Shown in pieces: positions 34,401 to 46,792 of a stretch of DNA of 64,000 nucleotides. Source of the DNA: Macrostomum lignano (taxonomy: Eukaryota); the NCBI GenBank assembly GCA_002269645.1, contig NIVC01000309.1, positions 248,001 through 312,000 on the forward strand, read 5' to 3'. Both the position numbers and the translations under genes were made by a program. The notes below the pieces were generated by a model. It did not search any database, had not been told where the DNA came from, and saw only the letters and a list, made by a program, of their open reading frames with translations. The number at the start of each line of letters is the position of its first letter. Position 1 is the first letter of the stretch.

Positions 34401-37400
34401 CCCTTGATTGGCTGCCACCCATCCACGCCATGATCCTTGATTGGCTGCCACCCCTCCACGCCATGATCCTTGATTGGCTGCCACCCCTCCACCCCATGAC
34501 CCTTGATTGGCTGCCACCCATCCACGCCATGATCCTTGATCCTTGAAGCGATTGAAGCCGCAACCGCTGCCATCGAAATGAACCTTCCAGCTGAACAGTC
34601 GGAAGCACGCCTATCAGATTTTCGCCGGCCAGCTGGGCCTGCTGGAACCCACCCCCGTGACTCCCGCTGCATCTGGCGGAAACGACGAAGCTGCCACAGG
34701 GCCTGCGGCTGCGGCAGCAACATCTGCTGGCGTGACTGGGGTGAGAATTCTCGAGAATTTGAGAGTGACTGTTTAGGGAATTCATTGTAGATTTTGGGAG
34801 ATTCATTGGAGTCTTTGGGGAATTTATTGGAGATACTTTGTGGTGGGATTTTTCAGTAATTAAACCTTGTAGAATTCCTCAAATTGTGATGCGGGATTTT
34901 CTATTTCGATGGCTTTGTTGGTCGGCTCCAGTCAAGTGCATTCCCTTCCAAATTGACAGGAAGCGCCGGCAGAACCGTCTGACCCGAGTGGCGCCACGTC
35001 TGCTGGAGGCCCGGAGCTGCAATTCGACTGGAACTCCAGCGGATTAACTAATCCTTTGGACAGTGAGTTGCTGTGCTGGGGAACAGCTGGGTGTTTTGTA
35101 CTGTGCCACCAGCCTCCCAGATCCACAGTTGCGGGGCCAGCCTCCCAGATCCTCAGTTGCTGGGCCAGCCTCCCAGATCCTCAGATGCCGGGCCAGCATC
35201 AGAGCCTCAGTTGCTGGGCCAGCCTCCCAGATCCTCAGATGCCGGGCCAGCATCAGAGCCTCAGTTGCTGGGCCAGCCTCCCAGATCCTCAGTTGCTGGG
35301 CCAGCCTCCCAGATCCTCAGTTGCTCGGCCAGCCTCCCAGATCCTCAGTTGCTGGGCCAGCCTCCCAGATCCTCAGTTGCTCGGCCAGCCTCCCAGATCC
35401 TCAGTTGCTGGGCCAGCCTCCCAGATCCTCAGTTGCTGGGCCAGCATCAGATCCTCAGCTGCTGGGCCAGCCTCCCAGATCCTCAGATGCCGGGCCAGCA
35501 TCAGAGCCTCAGTTGCTGGGCCAGCCTCCCAGATCCTCAGTTGCTAGGCCAGCCTCCCAGATCCTCAGTTGCTGGGCCAGCCTCCCAGATCCTCAGCTGC
35601 TGGGCCAGCCTCCCAGATCCTCAGATGCCGGGCCAGCATCAGAGCCTCAGTTGCTGGGCCAGCCTCCCAGATCCTCAGCTGCTGGGCCAGCCTCCCAGAT
35701 CCCCAGTTGCTGGTCCAGCCTCCCAGATCCTCAGATGCCGGGCCAGCATCAGAGCCTCAGTTGCTGGGCCAGCCTCCCAGATCCTCAGTTGCTGGGCCAG
35801 CCTCCCAGATCCTCAGTTGCTCGGCCAGCCTCCCAGATCCTCAGTTGCTGGGCCAGCCTCCCAGATCCTCAGTTGCTGGGCCAGCCTCCCAGATCCTCAG
35901 CTGCTGGGCCAGCCTCCCAGATCCTCAGATGCCGGGCCAGCATCAGAGCCTCAGTTGCTGGGCCAGCCTCCCAGATCCTCAGTTGCTAGGCCAGCCTCCC
36001 AGATCCTCAGTTGCTGGGCCAGCCTCCCAGATCCTCAGCTGCTGGGCCAGCCTCCCAGATCCTCAGATGCCGGGCCAGCATCAGAGCCTCAGTTGCTGGG
36101 CCAGCCTCCCAGATCCTCAGCTGCTGGGCCAGCCTCCCAGATCCTCAGTTGCTGGGCCAGCCTCCCAGATCCCCAGTTGCTGGGCCAGCCTCCCAGATCC
36201 TCAGATGCCGGGCCAGCATCAGAGCCTCAGTTGCTGGGCCAGCCTCCCAGATCCTCAGTTGCTAGGCCAGCCTCCCAGATCCTCAGTTGCTGGGCCAGCC
36301 TCCCAGATCCTCAGCTGCTGGGCCAGCCTCCCAGATCCTCAGATGCCGGGCCAGCATCAGAGCCTCAGTTGCTGGGCCAGCCTCCCAGATCCTCAGCTGC
36401 TGGGCCAGCCTCCCAGATCCTCAGTTGCTGGGCCAGCCTCCCAGATCCCCAGTTGCTGGGCCAGCCTCCCAGATCCTCAGATGCCGGGCCAGCATCAGAG
36501 CCTCAGTTGCTGGGCCAGCCTCCCAGATCCTCAGATGCCGGGCCAGCATCAGAGCCTCAGTTGCTGGGCCACAGCCTCCCAGATCCTCAGATGCCGGGCC
36601 AGCATCAGAGCCTCAGTTGCTGGGCCAGCCTCCCAGATCCTCAGATGCCGGGCCAGCATCAGAGCCTCAGTTGCTGGGCCACAGCCTCCCAGATCCTCAG
36701 ATGCCGGGCCAGCCTCCCAGATCCTCAGCTGCTGGGCCAGCCTCCCAGATCCTCAGCTGCTGGGCCAGCCTCCCAGATCCTCAGATGCTGGGCCAGCTTC
36801 CCAGATCCTCAGATGCCGGGCCAGCATCAGAGCCTCAGTTGCTGGATAGCAGGCCCCTTCCAACGAGTATGAGATTGGGCAAGATAGTCCATTTATGCAC
36901 AATCACTGTTGCCATAGCACCCACCACGTCCCGTCCACGCGGACAGTCACAGCCCTCATGCTGGACCTGGACAACATTGGCAGCGGCCGGCCGTCAAGTG
37001 GCGGGCGGTCGCGTAATTATGGTAATTTCTTTTAGTTTTTCTTCAGTTTAGTTGCAGCAGCGCATGCAGTTCTTCAGGTTTACAGTGGCTTTTGCGAGTT
37101 ATCTTTTTTTGTTGCTAATCTGTGTGCTCATGAGTGACCTTTTTTTATTTTTTCATCCTATGCTTTGTATAAGCTTCTTTATCCAATTTTATAGCCACTT
37201 GACTTTATTTATTTATGTTTCTATATTATGCAAGGTGGTGGTTCAAATCCTACTAGTTATTTAAATATTTTACTAGCATTTGAATTGAATTTTATCCAAG
37301 CGGTGGGAAGTTGGAGATTAGAGAAAAAAGTGGGAGATTAGAGTGGATTAGATCGGAGAGTAGAAGATTGGAGTAGAGTGGGAGATTTTAGTGAAGAGTG

Positions 37401-38456
37401 AGAGATTAGAGCAGAGTGAGAGATTTAAGTGGAGAGTAGGAGATTTGAGCGGAGAGTGGGAGATTAGAGCGGAGAGTGGGAGATTAGAGCTGAGTGGGAG
37501 ATTAGATCAAAGAGTAATAGTTTGGAGCGGAAAGTGGGAGATTAGAGCGGAGAGTAGGAAATTAGAGCAGAGTGGGAGATTGGAGCGGGGAGTAGGAGAT
37601 TATATCGGAGAGTAGGAGATTAGAGCAGAGTTGGAGATTGGAGCGGGGAGTAGGAGATTATATCGGAGAGTAGGAAATTAGAGCAGAGTGGGAGATTGGA
37701 GCGGGGAGTAGGAGATTATATCGGAGAGTAGGAGATTAGAGCAGAGTTGGAGATTGGAGCGGGGAGTAGGAAATTATATCGGAGAGTAGGAGATTAGAGC
37801 AGAGTTGGAGATTGGAGCGGGGAGTAGGAGATTATATCGGAGAGTGGGAGATTAAAGCAGAGTTGGAGATTGGAGCGGGGAGTAGGAGATTATATCGGAG
37901 AGTAGGAGATTAGAGCAGAGTGGGAGATTGGAGCGGAGAGTAGGAGATTATATCGGAGAGTAGGAGATTAGAGCAGAGTGGGAGATTGGAGCGGGGAGTA
38001 GGAGATTATATCGGAGAGTAGGAGATTAGAGCAGAGGAGGAGATTAGAGCAACATCAGTAGTGCTAAGGGGAAAGCGGGAGTAGATTGCGGTGTTCGATG
38101 CCATGTCAAATCTACTTTTTTATTCTCGTCCTCAATGTACTCTTTATGTGTTGAGTCGTATTCGCTTTAAACTTCGAATAATTTTCTCTCCTAAATTGAT
38201 TGCAGAGCTGGAGGCAGAATTTCTCGACAATGGAGGCGGCGGCAGCGCTACCGGCCGCCCGGACAAGAAGCTGAGCAGCCTCATCAGTGCGGCTCAGCCG
38301 TCCGCCCCTGTGCCAGCCGCGGCGCTGAGCGATCGGGCCCGCAAATTCATCAAACGATTGCCAGACCTGTCGTACATGCGAGCCAAGGTGCTCATGTTTC
38401 CCATGCACCGTAGCAACAGCGAGAGCTCGCTGCCAGTGACTGATGAGTCACCTTGA
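31486..38456 (+). CDS. AFTPH: Aftiphilin homolog (~794 aa, 6 exons)
   Basis: Exons 31486-33158, 34135-34267, 34591-34740, 34960-35062, 36947-37021, 38206-38456 (2385 nt, phases consistent; exon 5 ends have in-frame alternatives). Motifs: N-terminal SSGPPSLD, DFADFGEF/DFGDFEEF, WAEF (WxxF-acidic), clathrin-box block VWSNLMD..YQWSQS..LHIDVRNL, LGLLEPT, FDWNSSGLTNPLD, C-terminal LPDLSYMRAKVLMFP. Confidence 0.9.
33622..33736 (+). mobile_element. SINE-like dispersed repeat body, copy 3
   Basis: Close match to 14638-14778, lacking a ~25-bp internal segment; located in AFTPH intron 1. Confidence 0.7.
34285..34545. repeat. 34-bp minisatellite (same family as 1428-1875) in AFTPH intron 2
   Basis: ccaccccatga(t/c)ccttgattggctgccaccc units. 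Confidence 0.92.
35110..36845. repeat. 28-bp-based minisatellite with two alternating unit types in AFTPH intron 4
   Basis: cctcccagatcctcagttgctgggccag units plus catcagagcctcagttg / gatgccgggccag variants; same family as 13500-14030. Confidence 0.97.
37300..38050. repeat. Purine-rich ~19-20-bp minisatellite with ~58-bp trimeric period in AFTPH intron 5
   Basis: ggagattagagcagagt / ggagattggagcggggagta / ggagattatatcggagagta cycle. Confidence 0.9.
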
Positions 38457-38544
38457 CTTTCTTCTTTCGAAACCGTTTCAGATGTCTCCGTTCTTGTCAA
38501 AAGTTTTTGCAGTTTGTGATTAATTGTTCTCTGGTCTTGTTTGC

Positions 38545-39610
38545 CAGATCCAGAGGTAGACAGCCTACCAGATCTAAAGTTAGCCAGCCTACCAGATCTA
38601 GAGGTAGACAACCTAACAGATCCAAAGGTAGACAACCTACCAGATCCGAAGGTAGACAGCCTACCAGATCTAAAGTTAGCCAGCCTACCAGATCTAAAGT
38701 TAGCCAGCCTACCAGATCTAGAGGTAGACAACCTAACAGATCCAAAGGTAGACAACCTACCAGATCCGAAGGTAGACAGCCTACCAGATCTAAAGTTAGC
38801 CAGCCTACCAGATCTAAAGTTAGCCAGCCTACCAGATCTAGAGGTAGACAACCTAACAGATCCAAAGGTAGACAACCTACCAGATCCGAAGGTAGACAGC
38901 CTACCAGATCTAAAGTTAGCCAGCCTACCAGATCTAAAGTTAGCCAGCCTACCAGATCTAGAGGTAGACAACCTAACAGATCCAAAGGTAGACAACCTAC
39001 CAGATCCGAAGGTAGACAGCCTACCAGATCTAAAGTTAGCCAGCCTACCAGATCTAGAGGTAGACAACCTAACAGATCCAAAGGTAGACAACCTACCAGA
39101 TCCGAAGGTAGACAGCCTACCAGATCTAAAGTTAGCCAGCCTACCAGATCTAAAGTTAGCCAGCCTACCAGATCTAGAGGTAGACAACCTAACAGATCCA
39201 AAGGTAGACAACCTACCAGATCCGAAGGTAGACAGCCTACCAGATCTAAAGTTAGCCAGCCTACCAGATCTAAATGTAGACAACCTAACAGATCCAAATG
39301 TAAACAGCCTACCAAATTCAAAGGTAGACAGTCTACCAGATCCAATAATAAGCAGCCCATCAAATTTCAAGGTAGACAACCTACCAGATCCAAATGTAGA
39401 CAACCTACCAGATCCAAATGTAGACAACCTAACAGATCCAAAGGTAGACAACCTACCAGATCCAAATGTAAACAGCCTACCAAATTCAAAGGTAGACAGT
39501 CTACCAGATCCAATAATAGGCAGCCCATCAAATTTTAAGGTAGACAACCTACCAGATTCAAATGTAGACAACCTACCAATTTCAAATGGTAGAAAGCCTA
39601 CCAGATCCCA
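38545..39610. repeat. 24-bp-subunit satellite with ~120-bp higher-order period
   Basis: ctaccagatctaaagttagccagc / ctaccagatctagaggtagacaac / ctaacagatccaaaggtagacaac cycle; diverges toward the 3' end. Confidence 0.95.
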
Positions 39611-40269
39611 AGGTAGACAGCCTTCCATACTCAAAGGCTGTGCCAGCCGTAAAAGGCTTCAATTTGTTATTGTTGCAGCCATCGTGCCATGCATTATTGT
39701 ATGGCACACTTACTTGTGTATACTTCCTTTTCATTCAGCCAATTACATAAAATCGCACACTGCATCACATTTTCAGATGCTTATGGATTTTGTTTTTTCC
39801 CTTTATTAATCTCTTAACCTACTTGCACAAACTTGTTAAATTCTTTGCATAACTCAATTATTGAATTCATTCAGTTTGAATTTGTCCATTTCTGGCCTTA
39901 AACATGATTTTTGATGCTAAACTTCTCCCGCTGTTGTGGTAATCGGATGTGTTTTCTGTGTACAATATATTTGACGTCCGGTGTGTTTCGGCGCATGTCT
40001 GCATGACATTCCTTGATGAGTCGAGAGCTCGCGTTTAAACAAAACATTTTAAAATACTTGTGTTAAACTCTTTAGTCTTAGTCATTTTTTTGCTGAATCG
40101 TAAAAGTTAAACAATCCTGCGCTATGCATACTACTGAAGGAGCGTTTCAAGTAGCATAATGCAGACATGCAAAATTAACTAATAGGAGCTTGAATCCATA
40201 AGTCTCGTTATTGACAGGTTGGAAAATTTTTGGAGCATGTGATTTCTACCAGTAGTATAGGGCGGGAGC

Positions 40270-41200
40270 GGAAGGCAGAGAGCAGAAAGTAAAGAAATGA
40301 AATCAGAGAGCGGAAAGTAGAGAGAAAGCAGAGAGCGGAAAGTAGAGAGAAGAAAGCAGAGAGAGGAAAGCAGAAAGCGGAAAGTAGAGAGAAGAAATCA
40401 GAGAGCGGAAAGTAGAGAGAAGAAAGTGCAGGGCGGAAAGTAGAGAGAGGAAAGCAGAGTGCGGTAAGTAGAGAGGAAAGCAGAGAGCGGAGAGTAGAGA
40501 GAGGAAAGCAGAGAGAAGAAACCAGAGGGCGGAAACTAGAGAGAAGAAACCAGAGGGCGGAAAGTAGAGAGAGGAAAGCAGAGAGCGGAGAGTAGAGAGG
40601 AAAGCAGAGAGCGGAAAGTAGAGAGGAAAGCAGAGAGCGGAGAGTAGAGAGAGGAAAGCAGAGAGCGGAAAGTAGAGAGAAAGCAGAGAGCGGAAAGTAG
40701 AGAGGAAAGCAGAAAGCGAAAGTAGAGAGAAGAAACCAGAGGGCGGAAAGTAGAGAGAGGAAAGCAGAGAGCGGAGAGTAGAGAGGAAAGCAGAGAGCGG
40801 AAAGTAGAGAGGAAAGCAGAGAGTGGAAAGTAGAGAGGAAAGCAGAGAGCGGAAAGTAGAGAGGAAAGCAGAGAGCGGAGAGTAGAGAGAGGAAAGCAGA
40901 GAGCGGAGAGTAGAGAGAGGAAAGCAGAGAGCGGAGAGTAGAGAGAGGAAAGCAGAGAGCGGAAAGTAAAGAGGAAAGCAGAGAGCGGAAAATAGAGAGG
41001 AAAGCATAGAGAGGAAAGCAGAGAGCGGAGAGTAGAGAGGAAAGCAGAGAGCGGAAAGTAGAGAGAGGAAAGCAGAGAGTGGAGAGTAGAGAGAGGAAAG
41101 CAGAGAGAGGAGAGTAGAGAGAAGAAAGCACAGAGAGGAAAGTAGAGAGCGGAGGGTAGAGAGGAAAGCAGAGCGCAAAGTAGAGAGGGGAAAGCAAAGA
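40270..41200. repeat. AG-rich minisatellite (agagagcggaaagtagagaggaaagc)n
   Basis: Tandem ~26-28-bp units. Confidence 0.93.
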
Positions 41201-42084
41201 GGGGGAGCGGGGAGTTGAGCTGGGTTGCCGGATCAGGGCTTGAATTCGTGAGCCCCATCACTAGCAGTTATAAAGTGCAGAAGTGTTAGCGGTAAACAAA
41301 TCACTGATACGTATTTGTGGAGCGTGGGATTCTTAGCCAGGCACTGACTGATAGCCTTGCTAATCCAGGCCTTTTTGCTTGACTTTAGTAGCGAAAAAGC
41401 TCTTGTAGCAGTTTAGTTGAAGTTTGTCTCCGCTACCCTATTTCTTATATTCCGAAGGGTACAAACGGTTGCAGCCTTCCCATGAAATATGATCCAGAGC
41501 CGGGGCGCCAAGGGCTGGATGGCTCTGGAGTCCACAATTCAGGCGTTATTTAAAGACAGCCAATAATTCGTGACCCTTTATGTTTTTTATAACTGTTAAG
41601 GCTAATTAGTTTCGTCAGCAGCAGCTGAAGCATGTGACAGAGAGAAGGGGGATGTTCGGAGCCATCTAAAAAAATTGATCGCTGAACTCTCGGTCTTTGG
41701 AGTTCAAGCAGTACTCCAGTAAAATTCTTAGAGCTGCTGCTGCTGCTGCTGTTGCTGTCCAGGATCTGGGCTAGCAGGAAAGCAGATTGTGTTTGGAACA
41801 GTTGTAAAATATGAATTTGTTAAACTTCTGAATGATTTGCCCGCTGCCTCTTCGAAATATAGGAATAGAAATTATGAATTGCAATTCGCTACAATCGTTA
41901 CAACAGCTGGTCTGCTAAAGGTTGATTGTGCCCGAGAACCCCTGGGATCTGGGAACTAATTTAGATGCCTGAGCCACGTGTAAATTGACTCGACTTTCCA
42001 CCAGATTAAGTTTGCTAGCAAATGGATAAACTTTTGAAACTGGAAGAGGTTAGCCTCAGATTGTGGTTTAAGGAGAATTAGCTG

Positions 42085-43075
42085 TAGGAAAGACGAAGGG
42101 ATGGAATGATATTGAGAGTGAGATGAAGGGATGGAATAATATGGAGAGGGAGATGAAGGGATGGAATGATATGGAGAGGGAGATGAAGGGATGGAATGAT
42201 ATGGAGAGGAAGATGAAGGGATAAAACAATATGGAGAGGGAGATGAAGGGATGGAATGATATGGAGAGGGAGATGAAGGGATAGAATGATATGGAGAAGG
42301 AGATAAAGGGATAGAATGATATGGAGAGGGAGATGAAGGGATAGAATGATATGGAGATGGAGATGAAGGGATAGAATGATATGGAGAGGGAGATGAAGGG
42401 ATAGAATGATATGGAGAGGGAGATGAAGGGATAGAATGATATGGAGATGGAGATGAAGGGATGGAATGATATGGAGAGGGAGATGAAGGGATAGAATGAT
42501 ATGGAGATGGAGATGAAGGGATATAATGATATGGAGATGGAGATGAAGGGATAGAATGATATGGAGAGGGAGATGAAGGGATATAATGATATGGAGATGG
42601 AGATGAAGGGATGGAATGATATGGAGAGGGAGATGAAGGGATAGAATGATATGGAGAGGGAGATGAAGGGATATAATGATATGGAGATGGAGATGAAGGG
42701 ATGGAATGATATGGAGAGGGAGATGAAGGGATAGAATGATACGGAGAGGGAGATGAAGGGATGGAATGATACGGAGAGGGAGATGAAGGGATGGAATTAT
42801 ATGGAGAGGGAGATGAAGGGATGGAATTATATGGAGAGGGAGATGAAGGGATGGAATGATACGGAGAGGGAGATGAAGGGATATATGATATGAAAAGAGA
42901 GATGAAGGGATGGAATGATACGGAGAGGGAGATGAAGGGATATATGATATGAAAAGAGAGATGAAGGGATGGAATGATATGGAGAGGGAGATGAAGGGAT
43001 GGAATGATATGGAGAGGGAGATGAAGGGATGGAATGATATGGAGAGGGAGATGAAGGGATGGAATGATACGGAGA
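42085..43075. repeat. 30-bp minisatellite (gatatggagagggagatgaagggatggaat)n
   Basis: Tandem copies. Confidence 0.96.
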
Positions 43076-43899
43076 AATAGCGATAGATGTAGGCATAAAA
43101 TGTCGAGTGGAAAATGTTATTAAAGTAGAGAAACGCAATCACGAAGTGGCGATGCTGATCAGGATTGTGGCTACGAGTTTACAGTCTTTTAGATTCAAAG
43201 TCGAAATTCCATCAAAGGTTCCAGGAGTCAAAGGAGCATTTCTGACTGCAATGACGCGCCTGTGGCATGCACTGACAGATTGCGCGCAGTTCGGTTATTA
43301 ATGACGCAAGCGCTCGGAGAATAAGCAATTGTATGCAGGAATTCAAGAGTGCTGCCTTAGCTATTCTGTAGGCCTATAGGCTCGGCCATGTGTTAAAAGA
43401 ATATAAATGGTCAGTCAGTGAAGTGGGGAGCCAGCGACATGATCGAGAGGTGCATGTTCCTCAATCTTCCTGCCCTCTCTAGAAGAGATACGCTATCCAT
43501 TTTAGCCCGAGCGGGAGCCCGAGGGGGGGGGCCTCCAGAAACTCAGATTGATGGCCCTGAAGGCCCGCTGCTTGCGGTCGCATTCCATCCGTGATTTACA
43601 TCCCCGATCTACGACACGTGTACGCTCTAGGCGACCACACTGTCCTCGGTGAGGGATCAGAAAGGAATGCGGCTTCACTTTTCAAGCATCTTTCAATTTT
43701 GATTCTCCATTCCTAGCAATCATTTCTGCTGCTGTTTCTTGTCCTTGTTTGAACGGAACTGACCGGAGAGTTTCTTGGGTACAAGCTCTCTTAGAAACTA
43801 ATTGTTTTGTTGTTTTAACTGGCAAAAGGTCGCAAAGTGGTTGCACTAATTGTAGGTCTTCTATGCTAGGGGGCTTGGGTTCGTATCCTTAGCATCACA

Positions 43900-44135
43900 G
43901 ATACGGTGGCTTGTTGTCATGGATACGGTAGCTTGTTGTCATGGATACGGTAGCTTGTTGTCATGGATCCGGTAGCTTGTTGCCATGGATACGGTAGCTT
44001 GTTGCCATGGATACGGTAGCTTGTTGTCATGAATACAATAGCTTGTTGTCATGGATACGGTAGCTTGTTGTCATGAATACAATAGCTTGTTGTCATGGAT
44101 ACGGTAGCTTGTTGACGATGGCTTGTTGCCATGGA
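43900..44135. repeat. 22-bp minisatellite (atacggtagcttgttgtcatgg)n
   Basis: ~10 tandem copies directly after a tRNA-like A/B-box segment. Confidence 0.92.
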
Positions 44136-44724
44136 TGCATAGATCAGGAATCAATGCTTGTAATAAAATTTTCGAATTCTGCGGCTTCAGTTCAGCAAAA
44201 CAAACATGCAGGTGAGAAAATTGTAAACACCCTCCATCGAGGCAGGAATAACAGATGAGGTGGATCAGCTCGCGAAGATTATTCTAGAATGGTCCGGTGG
44301 AATGCGGAAAGTGCAGCCTTCGCCGATTTGCCCATTTCTCACCTGGATGTCTCGCTGGCAGGCGTGATTTACAACTGCCCGAAGGGAGAGCCCAAACTGG
44401 CAGTTCTGAAAGAAGAAAACAAGAGAACCAGTGGAGAGAGATATTACAGCAAGCAGCCACAGCCCCTGGAATGTTGATGATGACAAATGACATTCCATCA
44501 CGGACTGCTTGGCCTATGCAAGCGGAAATGTCAGATATTTCCACACTAGAAAATTCCTGAGTGCCCAGGCAAAATTCTCATTCATACATTTCTCCTCTCG
44601 GCTTCTTCATTCTTTTGGATTGCAGCTCCATCTTTCCCATTGCATAAGCTCACGTACTCCACCTTCTATCCTCTGATTTCCCTTCATCTCGCTTTTCTCT
44701 TTCGTGCGTCTTGCTCCTTTATCT

Positions 44725-45425
44725 CCGCTGTTGCCCCCTTCATCTCCCTGCTCCCCCTTCATCTCCCCTGCTCCCCCTTCATCTCCCTGCTCTCCCTTCA
44801 TCTCCCCTGCTCCCCCTTCATCTCCCTGCTCCCCCTTCATCTCCCTGCTCTCCCTTCATCTCCCCTGCTCCTCCTTCATCTCCTCTCCCTTCTTCTCCCT
44901 GCTCCCTTCATCTCCCTGCTCTCCCTTCATCTCCCTGCTCCCCCTTTTATCTCCCTGCTCTCCCTTCATCTCCCTGCTCTCCCTTCATCTCCCTGCTCTC
45001 CCTTCATCTCCCTGCTCCCCCTTCATCTCCCTGCTCTCCCTTCATCTCCCTGCTCCCCCTTCATCTCCCTGCTCTCCCTTCATCTCCCTGCTCTCCCTTC
45101 ATCTCCCTGCTCCCCCTTCATCTCCCTGCTCTCCCTTCATCTCCCTGCTCTCCCTTCATCTCCCTGCTCCCCCTTCATCTCCCTGCTCCCCCTTCATCTC
45201 CTCTCCCTTCATCTCCCTGCTCCCTTCATCTCCCTGCTTTCTTTTCATCTCCCTGCTCTCCCTTCATCTCCCTGCTCTCCCTTCATCTCCCTGCTCTCCC
45301 TTCATCTCCCCTGCTCTCCCTTTATCTCCCTGCTCCCTTCATCTCCCTGCTTTCTTTTCATCTCCCTGCTCTCCCTTCATCTCCCTGCTCCCCCTTCATC
45401 TCCCTGCTCTCCCTTCATCTCACCT
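44725..45425. repeat. ~19-bp CT-rich minisatellite (ttcatctccctgctctccc)n
   Basis: Tandem copies. Confidence 0.94.
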
Positions 45426-45521
45426 CTGTACCTCTGTCCCATATAACCCCTATTATACTCTTTCTTCTCACTTGATATTCCCAATCCATTTCGTTAGCTT
45501 TCTTCCCCTTCCCTTTCAGGG

Positions 45522-45523
<2 letters not shown>

Positions 45524-45573
<50 letters not shown>
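45524..45573. repeat. (CT)n microsatellite
   Basis: ~25 perfect dinucleotide units. Confidence 0.97.
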
Positions 45574-45578
<5 letters not shown>

Positions 45579-46019
45579 GTTGCAGCAATGTCACAATTCT
45601 AAGCAATATGATTTTGCAGCACTGTGTCAGTGGCGTATTTTAGAGGACATCTGCAGCCAGTGTCCTTCCGTTCTTTAGAAAGTTAATTTGCAAAACTTTG
45701 TTAAACGTCGCCCCTCCATCACTCTACGCCGTGGCATTTAGGCAAGGCAAGGCAATCGATCCCAAAACTTTGCGATTCTGTAGCAGCTTATCACTGCGTC
45801 GAGATAAATTCCATTCTGTTTACAGCGCTGGCCCCAATCTACATCTAGATAGATCCGTACAAACAAGGTGGGGTGGCCATGCAAAACATCATCTTTAATA
45901 GAGATTTGAAGGGCGAATTGTTATCTGTGCGGCCTGATGATTAACTATTGCTATCGATACGAAAGTAGCAAGGTTAATGCAGGATGCAATACATTTTTCC
46001 ACGATGGAGATTAGGGATT

Positions 46020-46792
46020 TTGGGGAGATTAGGGATGTTGGGTGAGTTTTAGGATGCTGGGGGAGATTAAGGTTGCTGGGGGAGATTAAGGTTGCTTGGG
46101 GAGATTAAGGTTGCTGGGGGAGATTAAGGTTGCTGGGGGAGATTAAGGTTGCTGGGGGAGATTAAGGTTGCTTGGGGAGATTAAGGTTGCTGGGGGAGAT
46201 TAAGGTTGCAGGGGGAGATTAATGAGGCAGGGTTAGATAGAGGATGCTGGGTGAGATGGAAGATGCTGTGTGAGATGGAGGATGCTGGGTGAGATGGAAG
46301 ATGCTGTGTGAGATGGAGGATGCTGGGTGAGATGGAAGATGCTGTGTGAGATGGAGGATGCTGTGTGAGATGGAGGATGCTGGGTGAGATGGAAGATGCT
46401 GTGTGAGATGGAGGATGCTGTGTGAGATGGAGGATGCTGGGTGAGATTGAGGATGCTGGGTGAGATGGAGGATGCTGGGTGAGATGGAGGATGCTGGGTG
46501 AGATGGAGGATGCTGGGTGAGATGGAGGATGCTGGGTGAGATGGAGGATGCTGGGTGAGATGGAGGATGCTGGGTGAGATGGAGGATGCTGGGTGAGATG
46601 GAGGATGCTGGGTGAGATGGAGGATGCTGGGTGAGATAGAGGATGCTTGGTGAGATGGAGGATGCTGGGTGAGATGGAGGATGCTGGGTGAGATGGAGGA
46701 TGCTGGGTGAGATGGAGGATGCTGGGTGAGATGGAGGATGCTGGGTGAGATGGAGGATGCTGGGTGAGATGGAGGATGCTTGGTGAGATGGA
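46020..46792. repeat. Two adjacent 19-bp minisatellites (gggggagattaaggttgct)n then (gggtgagatggaggatgct)n
   Basis: Tandem copies; the two unit types are related. Confidence 0.94.

Noticed and set aside
44210-44560. Protein-like short ORFs (ITDEVDQLAKIILEW; MVRWNAES..)
   Set aside because: No recognisable motif or consistent splice structure; may be a decayed TE or pseudogene and needs BLASTX.
45624-45733. Possible hAT-like mini element (cagtggcgta..tacgccgtg); similar start at ~53863
   Set aside because: TIR match is short and imperfect, and no TSD was found.
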